Assembly: GCA_903825245.1 (NCBI GenBank)
Contig: CAIJZX010000016.1
Location: 66,100 to 130,099 of the forward strand
Length of the DNA stretch: 64,000 nucleotides
From: Candidatus Kerfeldbacteria bacterium
Lineage (GTDB): Bacteria; Patescibacteriota; Patescibacteriia; SBBC01; CAIJZX01
Reading direction: 5' to 3'
The position numbers and the translations under genes were made by a program. Shown in pieces: positions 38,539 to 48,495 of this stretch. How positions within the stretch are numbered: position 1 is the stretch's first letter; each line of letters starts with the position of its first letter. Under the pieces are notes generated by a model. The model was not told where the DNA came from, searched no databases, and was given only the letters and a program-made list of their open reading frames with translations.

Positions 38539-39003
38539 TTACTCGACCTTCGTGATCGTATAGACTACTTGACCGCGTGGCGTATTGACGCTGACAGTAT
38601 CGCCAACTTTCTTCCCCAACAACGACTGACCGAGTGGCGATTCGTTGGAAATTTTTCCGGCTATTGGGTCCGCTTCGCTTGAACCGACGATGTGGAGTGT
38701 GTGGTGTTGACCATTATCAGCCTGCACAGTAGAGCCAACACGAATAACACCATTCCCCCCGGCATCCTCATCAATGATGCTGACATTTCGTAACGTTGAT
38801 TCGAGATCGGCAATACGGCCTTCGTTGTAGGCTTGCTCGTTCTTCGCTTCTTGGTATTCTGCGTTCTCGGAAAGATCACCGAGTTCTTTGGCTTCTTGAA
38901 TACGCGCCGCAATTTCCTTCCGACGAGTATGCACCAACAAGTTAAGCTCCAGTTCGAGTTTTTCGCGACCATCTTTGGTCAGATAGGTGACTTTATCGGA
39001 CAT
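38539..39003 (-). CDS. greA: Transcription elongation factor GreA
   Basis: GDLSENAEY, ISNESPLG. Confidence 0.96.
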   Translation of the reverse strand: MSDKVTYLTKDGREKLELELNLLVHTRRKEIAARIQEAKELGDLSENAEYQEAKNEQAYNEGRIADLESTLRNVSIIDEDAGGNGVIRVGSTVQADNGQHHTLHIVGSSEADPIAGKISNESPLGQSLLGKKVGDTVSVNTPRGQVVYTITKVE

Positions 39004-39048
39004 ACGTTTTACGTTTCAAATACGTCCCAAATGGGACGGCAGGGTCTG

Positions 39049-39077
39049 ATGATACTCGTTCTTTATTCGGTTGTCAA
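39049..39077 (-). promoter_or_regulatory. greA sigma70 promoter
   Basis: TTGACA-N17-TATCAT on the minus strand. Confidence 0.75.
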
Positions 39078-39186
39078 CAGCCGTGCTGGATAAGGAAAAG
39101 TCTTCTGGACAACTGCCCTGATAGCACAACAAACTTCTGTTCTTTGGTGTTTCAGGTTATCCACAGCACACCTTCACGATATCAGG

Positions 39187-41112
39187 CTATTGCGATTTCC
39201 CATCACCTTGTGTGAAGTACCATTCTAACCCAGCTTTCGCTACCGGCTGAGCAGCAAAATTTCCTTCACCGCCCGCTTCAACTAAAACTACGATCAAGAT
39301 TTGCGGCTTATCATATGGCGCATAAGCGGCATACCAAGAATGAGTTAAACCCTTATTGCCAAACTGAGCAGTACCGGTCTTTCCAGCGCTCGTTACTGGA
39401 AGTGTCAATAATGATTTTGAGGTTCCCGTAAGAACACCTTGGCGCATCCCCTCTTGAACCGTGCTTAACACACTCGCCGGAACAATATGGTCGTTAAGAA
39501 TAGTCGCTTGTTTTGTCTCAATGGTTTTTCCGTCGATATTCTTAACCGACATTTCTAGGTGCGGCTGATAGAGCGTCCCGCCATTCGCCACAGCACTCAA
39601 TGCGGCCGCAATTTGCAGCGGCGTCACCTCAAGATCGCCTTGGCCAATCGACAAGTGGTATGTATCGCCAAGTTTCCACGGCGAGGCGCGTTTTGTGGTC
39701 CGCCACTCCTTCGTCGGTAGGAGTCCGGCAACTTCAGACGGTAAATCGATACCTAACTTTTTACCCCAACCAAATTTTTGCAAGTAGCTGACAATGCGAT
39801 CAACTCCCAAGCCCGTAATGTTATCCAAGCCGCCACCGACCGCATAGAAAAAAGTATTTACCGAATCGGCCAGCGCTTTCGTCACATTGGTAATACCGTG
39901 ACCGCCAGCTTTCCAATCAGGAAAAAAGTCATTACCAACTTTAATACCACCGACGCTGTTTACGGTTGTGTTTGGTGTAATAGTTTTTTCAGTCAGCGCG
40001 GCTGAAGCAAGTAACGGTTTTATTAACGACCCGGACGGGTATTTTCCGGAAATTGCACGATTCAGTAATGGCTGGGAAGCCCCTTGAAGGAGAGATGTTA
40101 TTTCCGCGCTATGGCCAGAGGTAACAAACCAGTTGTCATCATAATTCGGTGCACTGACCATGGCTAACACTTCTCCGTTATTGGGATTGAGCGCAATTGC
40201 TGCACCACCAGGGCTTTTCAAGGAGCTGACCATCGACTGTAGTTGATCAGATAACACCTGTTGCAGGCCGAGATCGAGAGTAGTGATGACGGTATTCCCA
40301 GTTTGTGGGTCATGCTGGGCAATAACCCGCTGAATTTGATTGTGCACATCTCGTTCGACTTGATTAATGCCATCGATACCGGTTAGTGTACTGTCGTATT
40401 GGCGTTCCAAACCCGTCTTCCCGACAATATCGAGCGGATTAGCCGATGGATTCTGCTCCAGTTCAGTCGATGATATTCGGCCAGTATACCCAAGCACATT
40501 CGCACATGTGTTTGCTGTTGGATAGGAACGATTCGGTAAACTGATAATATTGACGCTCAGCATGGCGGCGGTCGAAATTATGTCGCGCATTGCTTCATCA
40601 TACGGAATATGTTCACGAATTGTAATTGGATCTGTCGAACGACGTTGCTTCGAAGCTAATGCTGTTGTGATGTCCATTAACGATGTACCGGTTGCTCCGC
40701 TGATATCCTGCAACATTTTCGAACGTTCAGCGACGTCTGTAGGGAGTTGAGCTGGTGTAATCGTCAAAACAAGATTCGGTGTATTATCTGCCAATACCGC
40801 GCCATGTCGATCAGTGATAACCCCACGCGGCGCCGGTGTGGTAACCGTACGAATACTGTTTCCCGCAGATCGGACGCGATACGTATTTCCTTGGGTGATT
40901 TGCAATTGGGCTAATCGACCAAGTAAAAAAAGGAGCAGGATGAAGCATCCAATAAACATCCCGGCGACGGAACGATGGCTGCGCAACGACATTAAGGATA
41001 TCGTTTCGGTCCCTGACCCGGCGACATCAAGTTCAACAGCATGACGGTATGCCGATCGCTGGAAACGCTCAACCGGGACACGGGTATCGGGTAAAAAGGG
41101 GTCGTGACGCAT
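39187..41112 (-). CDS. mrdA: Penicillin-binding protein 2
   Basis: APRGVITDR, GSLIK, S.N (DSVN), KTGTAQ; downstream of mreBCD. Confidence 0.92.
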   Translation of the reverse strand: MRHDPFLPDTRVPVERFQRSAYRHAVELDVAGSGTETISLMSLRSHRSVAGMFIGCFILLLFLLGRLAQLQITQGNTYRVRSAGNSIRTVTTPAPRGVITDRHGAVLADNTPNLVLTITPAQLPTDVAERSKMLQDISGATGTSLMDITTALASKQRRSTDPITIREHIPYDEAMRDIISTAAMLSVNIISLPNRSYPTANTCANVLGYTGRISSTELEQNPSANPLDIVGKTGLERQYDSTLTGIDGINQVERDVHNQIQRVIAQHDPQTGNTVITTLDLGLQQVLSDQLQSMVSSLKSPGGAAIALNPNNGEVLAMVSAPNYDDNWFVTSGHSAEITSLLQGASQPLLNRAISGKYPSGSLIKPLLASAALTEKTITPNTTVNSVGGIKVGNDFFPDWKAGGHGITNVTKALADSVNTFFYAVGGGLDNITGLGVDRIVSYLQKFGWGKKLGIDLPSEVAGLLPTKEWRTTKRASPWKLGDTYHLSIGQGDLEVTPLQIAAALSAVANGGTLYQPHLEMSVKNIDGKTIETKQATILNDHIVPASVLSTVQEGMRQGVLTGTSKSLLTLPVTSAGKTGTAQFGNKGLTHSWYAAYAPYDKPQILIVVLVEAGGEGNFAAQPVAKAGLEWYFTQGDGKSQ

Positions 41113-41113
41113 G

Positions 41114-41641
41114 TTAAAATGATTGATAGAGTGACGTCGTCACTCGACCGTAGCGATCACGGCCGAGCACTCTCCAAAGTATCGACAAGAGCACGGGGTG
41201 AGTGACACATTGGCAAAGTGTCGCATACAACATGGTCACCGTATCGACATGGATATGTTGATGGTTGAGTGCCGCTTCGAGTAGACCGATACCGATTACG
41301 AGACCACCGTAGGTCACGGTCCCAGCAATAATTGAAGCCAAAAAACTCGCCGTCGAACGACTGGTCACGACGCGCTGACTTATCAGCCACGTGATAATAG
41401 TTGCACCGAGACAACCAATGACATACATACTCCCGCCCACCGCTGTCACGTACGAAAATAGTAGCCCTATAACCACCGCGGCTATTGCACCGATAGTTAG
41501 TCCATCAAGTACGGTGATAACAATGAGCACTAATACCGGTACATTGATAATCATTCTCCAACCAGAAAACATTCCACCCCAAGCAATATCACCACCAATA
41601 CACAGGAGTGCAACACCATATCCGTACCAACGTCGGTTCAT
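41114..41641 (-). CDS. Putative MreD-like membrane protein
   Basis: About five TM helices, between mreC and mrdA; start MNRRWY. Confidence 0.6.
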   Translation of the reverse strand: MNRRWYGYGVALLCIGGDIAWGGMFSGWRMIINVPVLVLIVITVLDGLTIGAIAAVVIGLLFSYVTAVGGSMYVIGCLGATIITWLISQRVVTSRSTASFLASIIAGTVTYGGLVIGIGLLEAALNHQHIHVDTVTMLYATLCQCVTHPVLLSILWRVLGRDRYGRVTTSLYQSF

Positions 41642-41645
41642 GATA

Positions 41646-42431
41646 TTATCCAATAATAACCGCAACTGTTTGAAGTCCTTGGAGTGACGATGCGGGGTTG
41701 AGAGCGGCGCTCTGAAATAATTCTCCAACTCGTAGAGATATAGCGCTGATAGTACCGATAAGCACTCCAGGCGGGATACCTGCATCCGTGCCACTTGTGA
41801 CGATGGTCTGACCAACCTTAATACTATCGGTTTTTGGGATGTACTCCATCTGGAGCGTTAACCCGTGTTCTCCGTAAACGATACCTGGGCTCTGGACATC
41901 GTTTTGAACACGGGCACTAATAACCGATTGCCGATCAGAGATGAGCAACACCGTACTGGCAGCCTGATGAACGGCAACAACTTTCCCGACAACGTATCCA
42001 TTTTGATTGACCACAACCTGTCCGAGCTGAATACCAGCGGATGTTCCGTGGTTAATGATAATGCTTTGAATACCTGGATCCGGACTTGAAGCGATGACCG
42101 CTGCCGGGACGAGCTGGTGTTGAGTGGATTTCCCATACGCCGTGAGTTCTTGTAGGTTATGCGAAACTTCTATTTTCTGGTTTGCTTCAAAAAGTCGAGC
42201 TGTCAGATCGTCGACTTGATGCTGGAGTTGTTTGTTTTGTTTTTGGATCGACGAAGCCGACGGTGTGAATTGGAAAACTGAATGAATCCAATTGCCAACT
42301 CGGGCGATTGGTTGCAGAGTGCCAACCGCCGCCTGACCGATGAACCCACGAACCAGCGCCAGACTCAATCCGCCGACGATCACGATAACTATCACCAACC
42401 AACGCCAACGAAACCTTGGTCGGATAGCCAT
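41646..42431 (-). CDS. mreC: Rod shape-determining protein MreC
   Basis: TM, coiled coil, IIINHGTSAGI, VVGKV, VTSG...IPPGVLIG. Confidence 0.9.
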   Translation of the reverse strand: MAIRPRFRWRWLVIVIVIVGGLSLALVRGFIGQAAVGTLQPIARVGNWIHSVFQFTPSASSIQKQNKQLQHQVDDLTARLFEANQKIEVSHNLQELTAYGKSTQHQLVPAAVIASSPDPGIQSIIINHGTSAGIQLGQVVVNQNGYVVGKVVAVHQAASTVLLISDRQSVISARVQNDVQSPGIVYGEHGLTLQMEYIPKTDSIKVGQTIVTSGTDAGIPPGVLIGTISAISLRVGELFQSAALNPASSLQGLQTVAVIIG

Positions 42432-42432
42432 G

Positions 42433-43488
42433 TCAGATTCCCACTGCTTGGTCGTCACTCGACATCACGAGGACATTCTTCATGACATTTAAATCCTCAA
42501 GTACAATTCCTGTCCCGCGAACAACCGCCGTGAGTGGGTCATCGGTAACATGAACGACCATGTGCGTCTCCGCATGAATAGCGTTCGACAATCCCCGCAG
42601 TAGCGCCCCACCACCAGATAGGACAATCCCCCGCTCGTAAATATCAGCCACGAGCTCCGGCGGCGTACTTTCAATGGTGGCTTTAATGTTTTCCACCATT
42701 TGTCGAACTGTTCGTTGCAAGGCGTCGTACACTTGTTTGCTGGTAATCGTTACTTCTCGCGGTAAGCCAGTGATAAGATCCCGCCCACGAACACGTGTTT
42801 CGACAACATTGCCATCGTCCCAAACTGTACCAATTTTTAGTTTAATTTCTTCAGCACTGCGTTCGCCAACTAATAAATTATATTGTTCACGAGCATATTG
42901 AATAATATCCTGATCCAACTTATTGCCGCCAATCCGAAGCGAACGCCAAGAAACTACACCACCGAGAGAAATAACAGCTATTTCCGTTGTTCCGCCGCCG
43001 ATATCGACAATCATCGTGCCAGAAGCTTCTTGAATTGGTAACCGGGCACCGATTGCCGCCGCCATAGGTTCTTCAATCAGGTAGACTTCGCGAGCACCAG
43101 CGTTGAGCGCCGCATCTTCTACCGCTTTTCGTTCGACTTCCGTAACTCCTAACGGTATGCCGACCACCACTCGCGGACGCGGCGCGAAGCCCATTGCTGG
43201 GCGCTGAACTTGATCAATAAAATACTTCAACATTTTTTCGGTTACTTCAAAATCTGAAATAACTCCGTCAACCAGTGGCTTAGTTGCGACAATATGACCA
43301 GGTGTTTTTCCCACCATGCGGCGAGCTGCTTCACCAACAGCTAGTACTTGATTCGTTTTGGTATTAATCGCCACAACCGATGGCTCGTTGATAACGATTC
43401 CTTTATCACGAACGTAGACCAGCGTATTTGCGGTACCTAGGTCAATTCCGAGATCGTGAGAAAAACGACTAAAAAGGTTATTCAACAT
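42433..43488 (-). CDS. mreB: Rod shape-determining protein MreB
   Basis: GIDLGTANT, EEPMAAAIG, DIGGGTTE, LSGGGALL. Confidence 0.96.
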   Translation of the reverse strand: MLNNLFSRFSHDLGIDLGTANTLVYVRDKGIVINEPSVVAINTKTNQVLAVGEAARRMVGKTPGHIVATKPLVDGVISDFEVTEKMLKYFIDQVQRPAMGFAPRPRVVVGIPLGVTEVERKAVEDAALNAGAREVYLIEEPMAAAIGARLPIQEASGTMIVDIGGGTTEIAVISLGGVVSWRSLRIGGNKLDQDIIQYAREQYNLLVGERSAEEIKLKIGTVWDDGNVVETRVRGRDLITGLPREVTITSKQVYDALQRTVRQMVENIKATIESTPPELVADIYERGIVLSGGGALLRGLSNAIHAETHMVVHVTDDPLTAVVRGTGIVLEDLNVMKNVLVMSSDDQAVGI

Positions 43489-43491
43489 ATA

Positions 43492-44586
43492 TTACCGGAA
43501 GAGTAAGCGAATTTGTTCAAGCAATCGGAATTTTGAAACATCACGAATACTCAAGAGAATTATGACCAGTAACAAGCCATAAAATCCGATAGTATGAACC
43601 GTGTTTTCAATTTTTGTGTCAACAGGACGCCCACGAAATTTCCCGATCACGAGAAATAGCGCTCGCCCACCATCAAGCGCCGGCAACGGCAAGAAGTTTA
43701 CGACCGCCAAACTAATTGATAGTATAGCCATAAATTGTACGGTCGCTGCGAAACCATACTGAATGACCTGCCCAGTCAAAACGGCAATCCCCACTGGACC
43801 AGAAACGTCCGAACTAACGCTGGCCGTAACCACGAGATCATGAAGGAGTTTCCAAAAACCTTGCAAGGTCTGACCAATTAATTGGCCAGTCGATTGTAAG
43901 CCATACCAGGGGGCGATGTACCACGCATACCGCACCGTCGTAACATTTTGAATTCCTAAACCGTACCGGGGAAGATTCGGATCCGTGTGTGGCGTGACAA
44001 TAATTTCTTTCGTTCTGCTTGCCCGCTGAACAACAATATGAAATACGGGATAATTATTGGCCTTGGCGTAGGTAATAATCTGGTCGGTCGTAGTAAAATG
44101 TTGATCATTGATGCTCACTACAACATCGCTCGATCGAAGACCGGCAGCAATAGCTGCCCCGCCATCACTAACTTGCACTTCCACGTGAGTGTTACTTTGA
44201 TGGGCGTAACGGTCATGCGGAACGGTCGTGGCGTCAGTTCGAACACCAAGTACGAGGGTAAAAGAAATTAACACCCAGGCCAGCAGCGCATTCATGGTTA
44301 CGCCCGCCGCCATCACAGCCAACTGCCGTGAAAATCGCGCTTGCGAAAAACTATCGGGTCGCTGTTTTTCATCGCCCGCTTCACCCTGCAGTCGCACAAA
44401 ACCGCCAAATGGTATCCAGTTTAACGTGTATTCCGTACCTCCACGTTTCCAACCGATAATACGCGGCGGAAAACCGAACCCGAATTCTTCGACCGCAATG
44501 CCTGAACGGCGAGCAACAACAAAATGCCCTAACTCATGAACGAAGACTAAAATGCCAAGGATGATGACGAACGCCAGAATAGTCAC
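43492..44586 (-). CDS. rseP: RIP metalloprotease RseP (M50 with PDZ)
   Basis: HELGH, GGFVRL, SGPVGI, NFLPLPALDGG. Confidence 0.9.
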   Translation of the reverse strand: MTILAFVIILGILVFVHELGHFVVARRSGIAVEEFGFGFPPRIIGWKRGGTEYTLNWIPFGGFVRLQGEAGDEKQRPDSFSQARFSRQLAVMAAGVTMNALLAWVLISFTLVLGVRTDATTVPHDRYAHQSNTHVEVQVSDGGAAIAAGLRSSDVVVSINDQHFTTTDQIITYAKANNYPVFHIVVQRASRTKEIIVTPHTDPNLPRYGLGIQNVTTVRYAWYIAPWYGLQSTGQLIGQTLQGFWKLLHDLVVTASVSSDVSGPVGIAVLTGQVIQYGFAATVQFMAILSISLAVVNFLPLPALDGGRALFLVIGKFRGRPVDTKIENTVHTIGFYGLLLVIILLSIRDVSKFRLLEQIRLLFR

Positions 44587-44587
44587 G

Positions 44588-45133
44588 TTATATCAGCGTC
44601 AGTTCATCATGCTTTTTTTTGACGATCGTTTCGATCAACCGCAATTGCTCCTCAACAGATTGTTGAAGTTTTTTTAATTCTACCTCGAGTACGTCTTCTG
44701 AAATTTCCGACTGATCCTTCGCTTTTCGTAATTGTTTTATAATGTCTTCCCGAATCGATCGAATCCGAACTCGAGCACTTTCGCCAAGTTCATTCGATTG
44801 TTTGGTCATCAGTATTCGACGTTCTTCGGTCATCGACGGGAATGGTAATCGAATAGTTTTTCCGTCAACGACGGGCGTGATGCCAAGCTGCGACTTCGTC
44901 AACGCCTTCTCGATGTCCTTTGTAATACTTGAATCCCAAGGCTGAATCACAATCAGACGCGGTTCTGGTGCCGCAATCGCCGCCAATTGCTGAAGCGGCG
45001 TCATCGTGCCGTAGGCTTCGACCATCAGATCCTCTACTAACGACGGATTGGCTCGCCCGGTACGGATGGACTGCAATTCGTGCTGAAGATGCTCAACGGC
45101 TTTATTTGCTTGTTCGGAAAAATCGTGAACCAT
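44588..45133 (-). CDS. frr: Ribosome recycling factor
   Basis: IRTGRANPSL, IQPWD, P.MTEERR. Confidence 0.95.
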   Translation of the reverse strand: MVHDFSEQANKAVEHLQHELQSIRTGRANPSLVEDLMVEAYGTMTPLQQLAAIAAPEPRLIVIQPWDSSITKDIEKALTKSQLGITPVVDGKTIRLPFPSMTEERRILMTKQSNELGESARVRIRSIREDIIKQLRKAKDQSEISEDVLEVELKKLQQSVEEQLRLIETIVKKKHDELTLI

Positions 45134-45138
45134 AAGAA

Positions 45139-46194
45139 TTATTTTTTGGCAGTAAAGGTAGCGAAGTACAATCGATCTTTGACATTCGGATCAAACGTCA
45201 ATAGCACCGGCAAACGCGAGGTCGGCAACGACACGACTGACCAGTTTTGACCACCATTCGTCGTGTGCTGAATCTGCTGTCCGGAGGTAATAAATATCTC
45301 GGAAGCATTATTGGGATTCACCGCTACGGTTTGAATGGCCACACTACCGTTTGTCACTAAATTATGAATGCTCGCCCAGGTTCCACCATGATCCGTACTC
45401 GCCAACAAACCGTAGGCTGTGGCTAAATACCACCCATGCGGCGTAATATCAATCTGGCGAATATCTGTAGCCCCAGCAAAAGTTTGTAAGGCCGGCGTCA
45501 TGTCCACCCATTCTTGTCCGAGCCTGAGACTATGAAAAATGCCGTTGGTTCGAGTGAAGATATAGAGTTGGTCTGGAGCCTCGGGTGGAATATAGAGTAA
45601 TCGCGGTTGAATTGCGGCCAGTGTATGGATAAGCGTCCAATGGAGCCCATAATCCGTACTCAGAATAATTTTTCCACCTGACGTCGTTGCCCAAATAATA
45701 TTGCCATTTGCCGGACTCACTTGTACGCAGTTCACCGCCTGACCTGGTTGAGGTTCGGTGTAGACCGTTGACCACGATTGGCCACCATCAATGCTCTTGA
45801 GTATAATTTGCCCAGCCGTCGTGTACATCACTTGTGAATTCAGTGGGTCAAAGGCTAAACATTCATAATCACCAGCACGAATGGATGTCGACTTCCAGGT
45901 ATCGCCGCTATTCGTGGTTGACCAAATACCATTCGCCAGGGTCCCAATATATATAGTCCCACTGGCTGAGGGAATAAAATTGAGTGTCCGGGTTGTGACA
46001 TTGCCGATATTTACTTGGCCATTTTTGTTCGTCCCAACGTAATTTTTCTGTTGCCACGTTTGTCCGTGATCATCGGACCTAAAAATACCACCGTCAAGAC
46101 GAGTTGTGCCACCGATGTTGATTGAACAACTTTGCCCCATCAGCACTAAGCCGACGCTGAGCAGTGCAAGTTTAGACCATGTGGAGGTCGTCAT
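45139..46194 (-). CDS. BNR/Asp-box beta-propeller lipoprotein (YCF48-like)
   Basis: Lipobox MGQSC; repeated S.D.G.TW motifs. Confidence 0.8.
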   Translation of the reverse strand: MTTSTWSKLALLSVGLVLMGQSCSINIGGTTRLDGGIFRSDDHGQTWQQKNYVGTNKNGQVNIGNVTTRTLNFIPSASGTIYIGTLANGIWSTTNSGDTWKSTSIRAGDYECLAFDPLNSQVMYTTAGQIILKSIDGGQSWSTVYTEPQPGQAVNCVQVSPANGNIIWATTSGGKIILSTDYGLHWTLIHTLAAIQPRLLYIPPEAPDQLYIFTRTNGIFHSLRLGQEWVDMTPALQTFAGATDIRQIDITPHGWYLATAYGLLASTDHGGTWASIHNLVTNGSVAIQTVAVNPNNASEIFITSGQQIQHTTNGGQNWSVVSLPTSRLPVLLTFDPNVKDRLYFATFTAKK

Positions 46195-47137
46195 AAAGTA
46201 GTTGTGGTTGAAGCGAATCGGAAAAGGATGAACGTTGGAGGTAGGCTTCGGCGATACGTTGAAGTTTTTTCAGTGGCAGCCTGGTTAACGATATAACAGT
46301 CTCCTCAGGCCACAGTCGGCGCGTGGTACAACCAATGCCCGCTAACAGTACCTCGCGCACGATGAGTTCTTCGTATTCGAGCTGGTGCAAGAGTATATCT
46401 CGTCGATCGGCTGCGGAGCGAGCTGGTGCCGATAAGGTTCCGTTCATAAATCCCGTGCTGAACTCCCGTACACGTTGTCGCTCGTCTGCCGCTTGATCGA
46501 CGTTTTCGACATAGCGCCGTAACCACCCCGGACGACCCGCTGCGCGCTGAGCCGCAACAGATGTTGCTCCCTGGCGCAGGGTTTTTGGATTCACTAATGA
46601 CCATTGGAAGTGCGTCAACCGTGAACGAAGTGTCGGCAGAAGTTGTTCCGGCACTGAACTCGTCATAAGCACACGAACATGCGGTGGTAATTCTTCAAGA
46701 AATTTTAACAACATGTTGCCGGCTTGTTCCGTAAGTCGTTCTGCATCCGGAATGAACAGCCAGCGCTCTTCACTACCCCACGCTACAGTCATATATGTCC
46801 GCAGCGTGGTGCGAATCTCTTCGACACCAATGGAGGCCGCCGATGTCATTCCCAATTCCGCCACGTTTGGATGCTGATGACTAAGGCGTTGTCGGCAATC
46901 CGAACAGGTACCACACGGTCGCAGATGATCACTGTGACACAGGGCATACTGAATGACCCATTGCGCGAAAGTAGCTTTACCTAGCGATCGTGGGCCGCAG
47001 AAGAGAACCGCTTTTGGTAAGCGTTCGTCATCCAGTAAACCAATAAAACGCTGAATAAGTTCTTCGTTGCCGACGAAGTGAAAAGGTCGTGCTTGAGCAG
47101 TCGTAGGAGTCTTCACAGAACGAAATGACTGTACCAT
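46172..47137 (-). CDS. holB: DNA polymerase III delta-prime-like clamp loader subunit
   Basis: LFCGPRSLGK, PCGTCSDC, HPN, N.LLKFLEE, LLPTLRSR. Confidence 0.8.
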   Translation of the reverse strand: MVQSFRSVKTPTTAQARPFHFVGNEELIQRFIGLLDDERLPKAVLFCGPRSLGKATFAQWVIQYALCHSDHLRPCGTCSDCRQRLSHQHPNVAELGMTSAASIGVEEIRTTLRTYMTVAWGSEERWLFIPDAERLTEQAGNMLLKFLEELPPHVRVLMTSSVPEQLLPTLRSRLTHFQWSLVNPKTLRQGATSVAAQRAAGRPGWLRRYVENVDQAADERQRVREFSTGFMNGTLSAPARSAADRRDILLHQLEYEELIVREVLLAGIGCTTRRLWPEETVISLTRLPLKKLQRIAEAYLQRSSFSDSLQPQLLYDDLHMV

Positions 47138-47147
47138 ATTTGTCAGC

Positions 47148-48350
47148 TTATTGCAATCCAGCGGCCATAAGCACTGCCCGCGTCTCCATAGCAGTGTTTT
47201 CCCAAGTATAACGTCGAACTAGCACTCCACCCCGACGAATAAGTATCTGACGAAGTTCTTCGTTATGATCAATATCCTGTAATGCGGCTACGACAGTCGA
47301 TATATTTTCCGTATCCACAAAGCATGCAGCCTCACCGAGCACTTCGGGTAATGATCCATGACGACTGGCCACCACCGGCACTCCGGCACTGAGTGATTCT
47401 AAAGCCGGAATACCAAATCCTTCATATTGGGAAATAAAGAGCAATGCTCGAGCTGACACTTGTAAAACCGCCACATCATCATCGGATTGCCAGCCAAGAA
47501 CATGAATGAATTCCACAACTGCTGGATCTGTTACCACTGACCGCATAGCGTCCCAACCAAATCCCGGCCGTCCGACTAATACCAGGTCGATTGGATGCGC
47601 TGATTGTTTTCGATACGTAAGATACGCCTGGACTGTGAGGGCGATGTTTTTTTTCGTCTCCAATCGTCCGAGAAACAAGAAGAATGGCCGCGTCAATCCT
47701 AACCGCTTCAATGTTGAAGCACGTGCAACTACTTTCAATGATTGAAAATACTCCGCTTGACGTACGCCTAACGGTGTGACAGTTATACGTTCCGGTTCAA
47801 CCTTGAGGGTGTCAATAATTTCTCGTTTGGAGAATTCCGATACGGTCAGTATTCGACGGCACGCCCGGATCGCCTGTCGCACTGACCAGCGATGATAATC
47901 GCGCTCCGATGCATTGTAACGGCCAAACGTAGCGATTCGTACACACAGTAAGACAAGTGGCCGAAACCAACCCAACCGTCGCTGTATCCGATCCTGATAT
48001 AACTCCGGAAATCGTTCAAAAGCAACATCATGAATCGTGGTTATTGTATTCTTCGGATGGAAAATCGGTACGGTATCAGCCGGAACAAAAAGGATGTCCG
48101 GACGACACCAAAGCATTTCCCACGACAACCGAAGATGCGACCACAAAAATCCTAACCGCCAGTGCAACACTCGCACCTCTGTGTGTATTCCGAGATCGCC
48201 AAAATCATTCCGTAACGGTTCACGAACATACAAACGGACAATATGGTTATTCAGCGTCGGAACAATTCTCCGAATCACTTCCCACGCGTACCGTTCCGTG
48301 CCGGTTCGTTCGGCGACGTTTGCCCGCGAAGCATCAATGCCGATAATCAT
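47148..48350 (-). CDS. GT4 glycosyltransferase
   Basis: IGIDAS, TIHD, GRLETKKN, EGFGIPALE. Confidence 0.9.
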   Translation of the reverse strand: MIIGIDASRANVAERTGTERYAWEVIRRIVPTLNNHIVRLYVREPLRNDFGDLGIHTEVRVLHWRLGFLWSHLRLSWEMLWCRPDILFVPADTVPIFHPKNTITTIHDVAFERFPELYQDRIQRRLGWFRPLVLLCVRIATFGRYNASERDYHRWSVRQAIRACRRILTVSEFSKREIIDTLKVEPERITVTPLGVRQAEYFQSLKVVARASTLKRLGLTRPFFLFLGRLETKKNIALTVQAYLTYRKQSAHPIDLVLVGRPGFGWDAMRSVVTDPAVVEFIHVLGWQSDDDVAVLQVSARALLFISQYEGFGIPALESLSAGVPVVASRHGSLPEVLGEAACFVDTENISTVVAALQDIDHNEELRQILIRRGGVLVRRYTWENTAMETRAVLMAAGLQ

Positions 48351-48353
48351 TTA

Positions 48354-48494
48354 CCCCGTTAGACAATAGTGAATAAAAATGATGACGCCGGCAACAACTC
48401 TTAGTACTCGTTGTTTTCCACTTACCGCCTTGCTTGATAGGTGAACCCCCCTGCTCTCCGTACAGAAAACTTTTAATTGTATTGTCTAACGGGG
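48354..48494. mobile_element. YCCCGTTAGA/TCTAACGGGR element, copy D
   Basis: Perfect IR accccgttagacaata (48353-48368) / tattgtctaacggggt (48480-48495), filling the gap between the mreB2 stop and the GT4 start. Confidence 0.8.
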
Positions 48495-48495
48495 T

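Noticed and set aside
39157-39165. Perfect DnaA box TTATCCACA as a possible oriC
   Set aside because: Single perfect box, no cluster, no dnaA/dnaN nearby; at most a regulatory site
4908-48494. Integron attC array interpretation of the GTTAGA/TCTAAC elements
   Set aside because: Core sites are in the reverse order to attC, copies are dispersed among core genes, and there is no intI in the window
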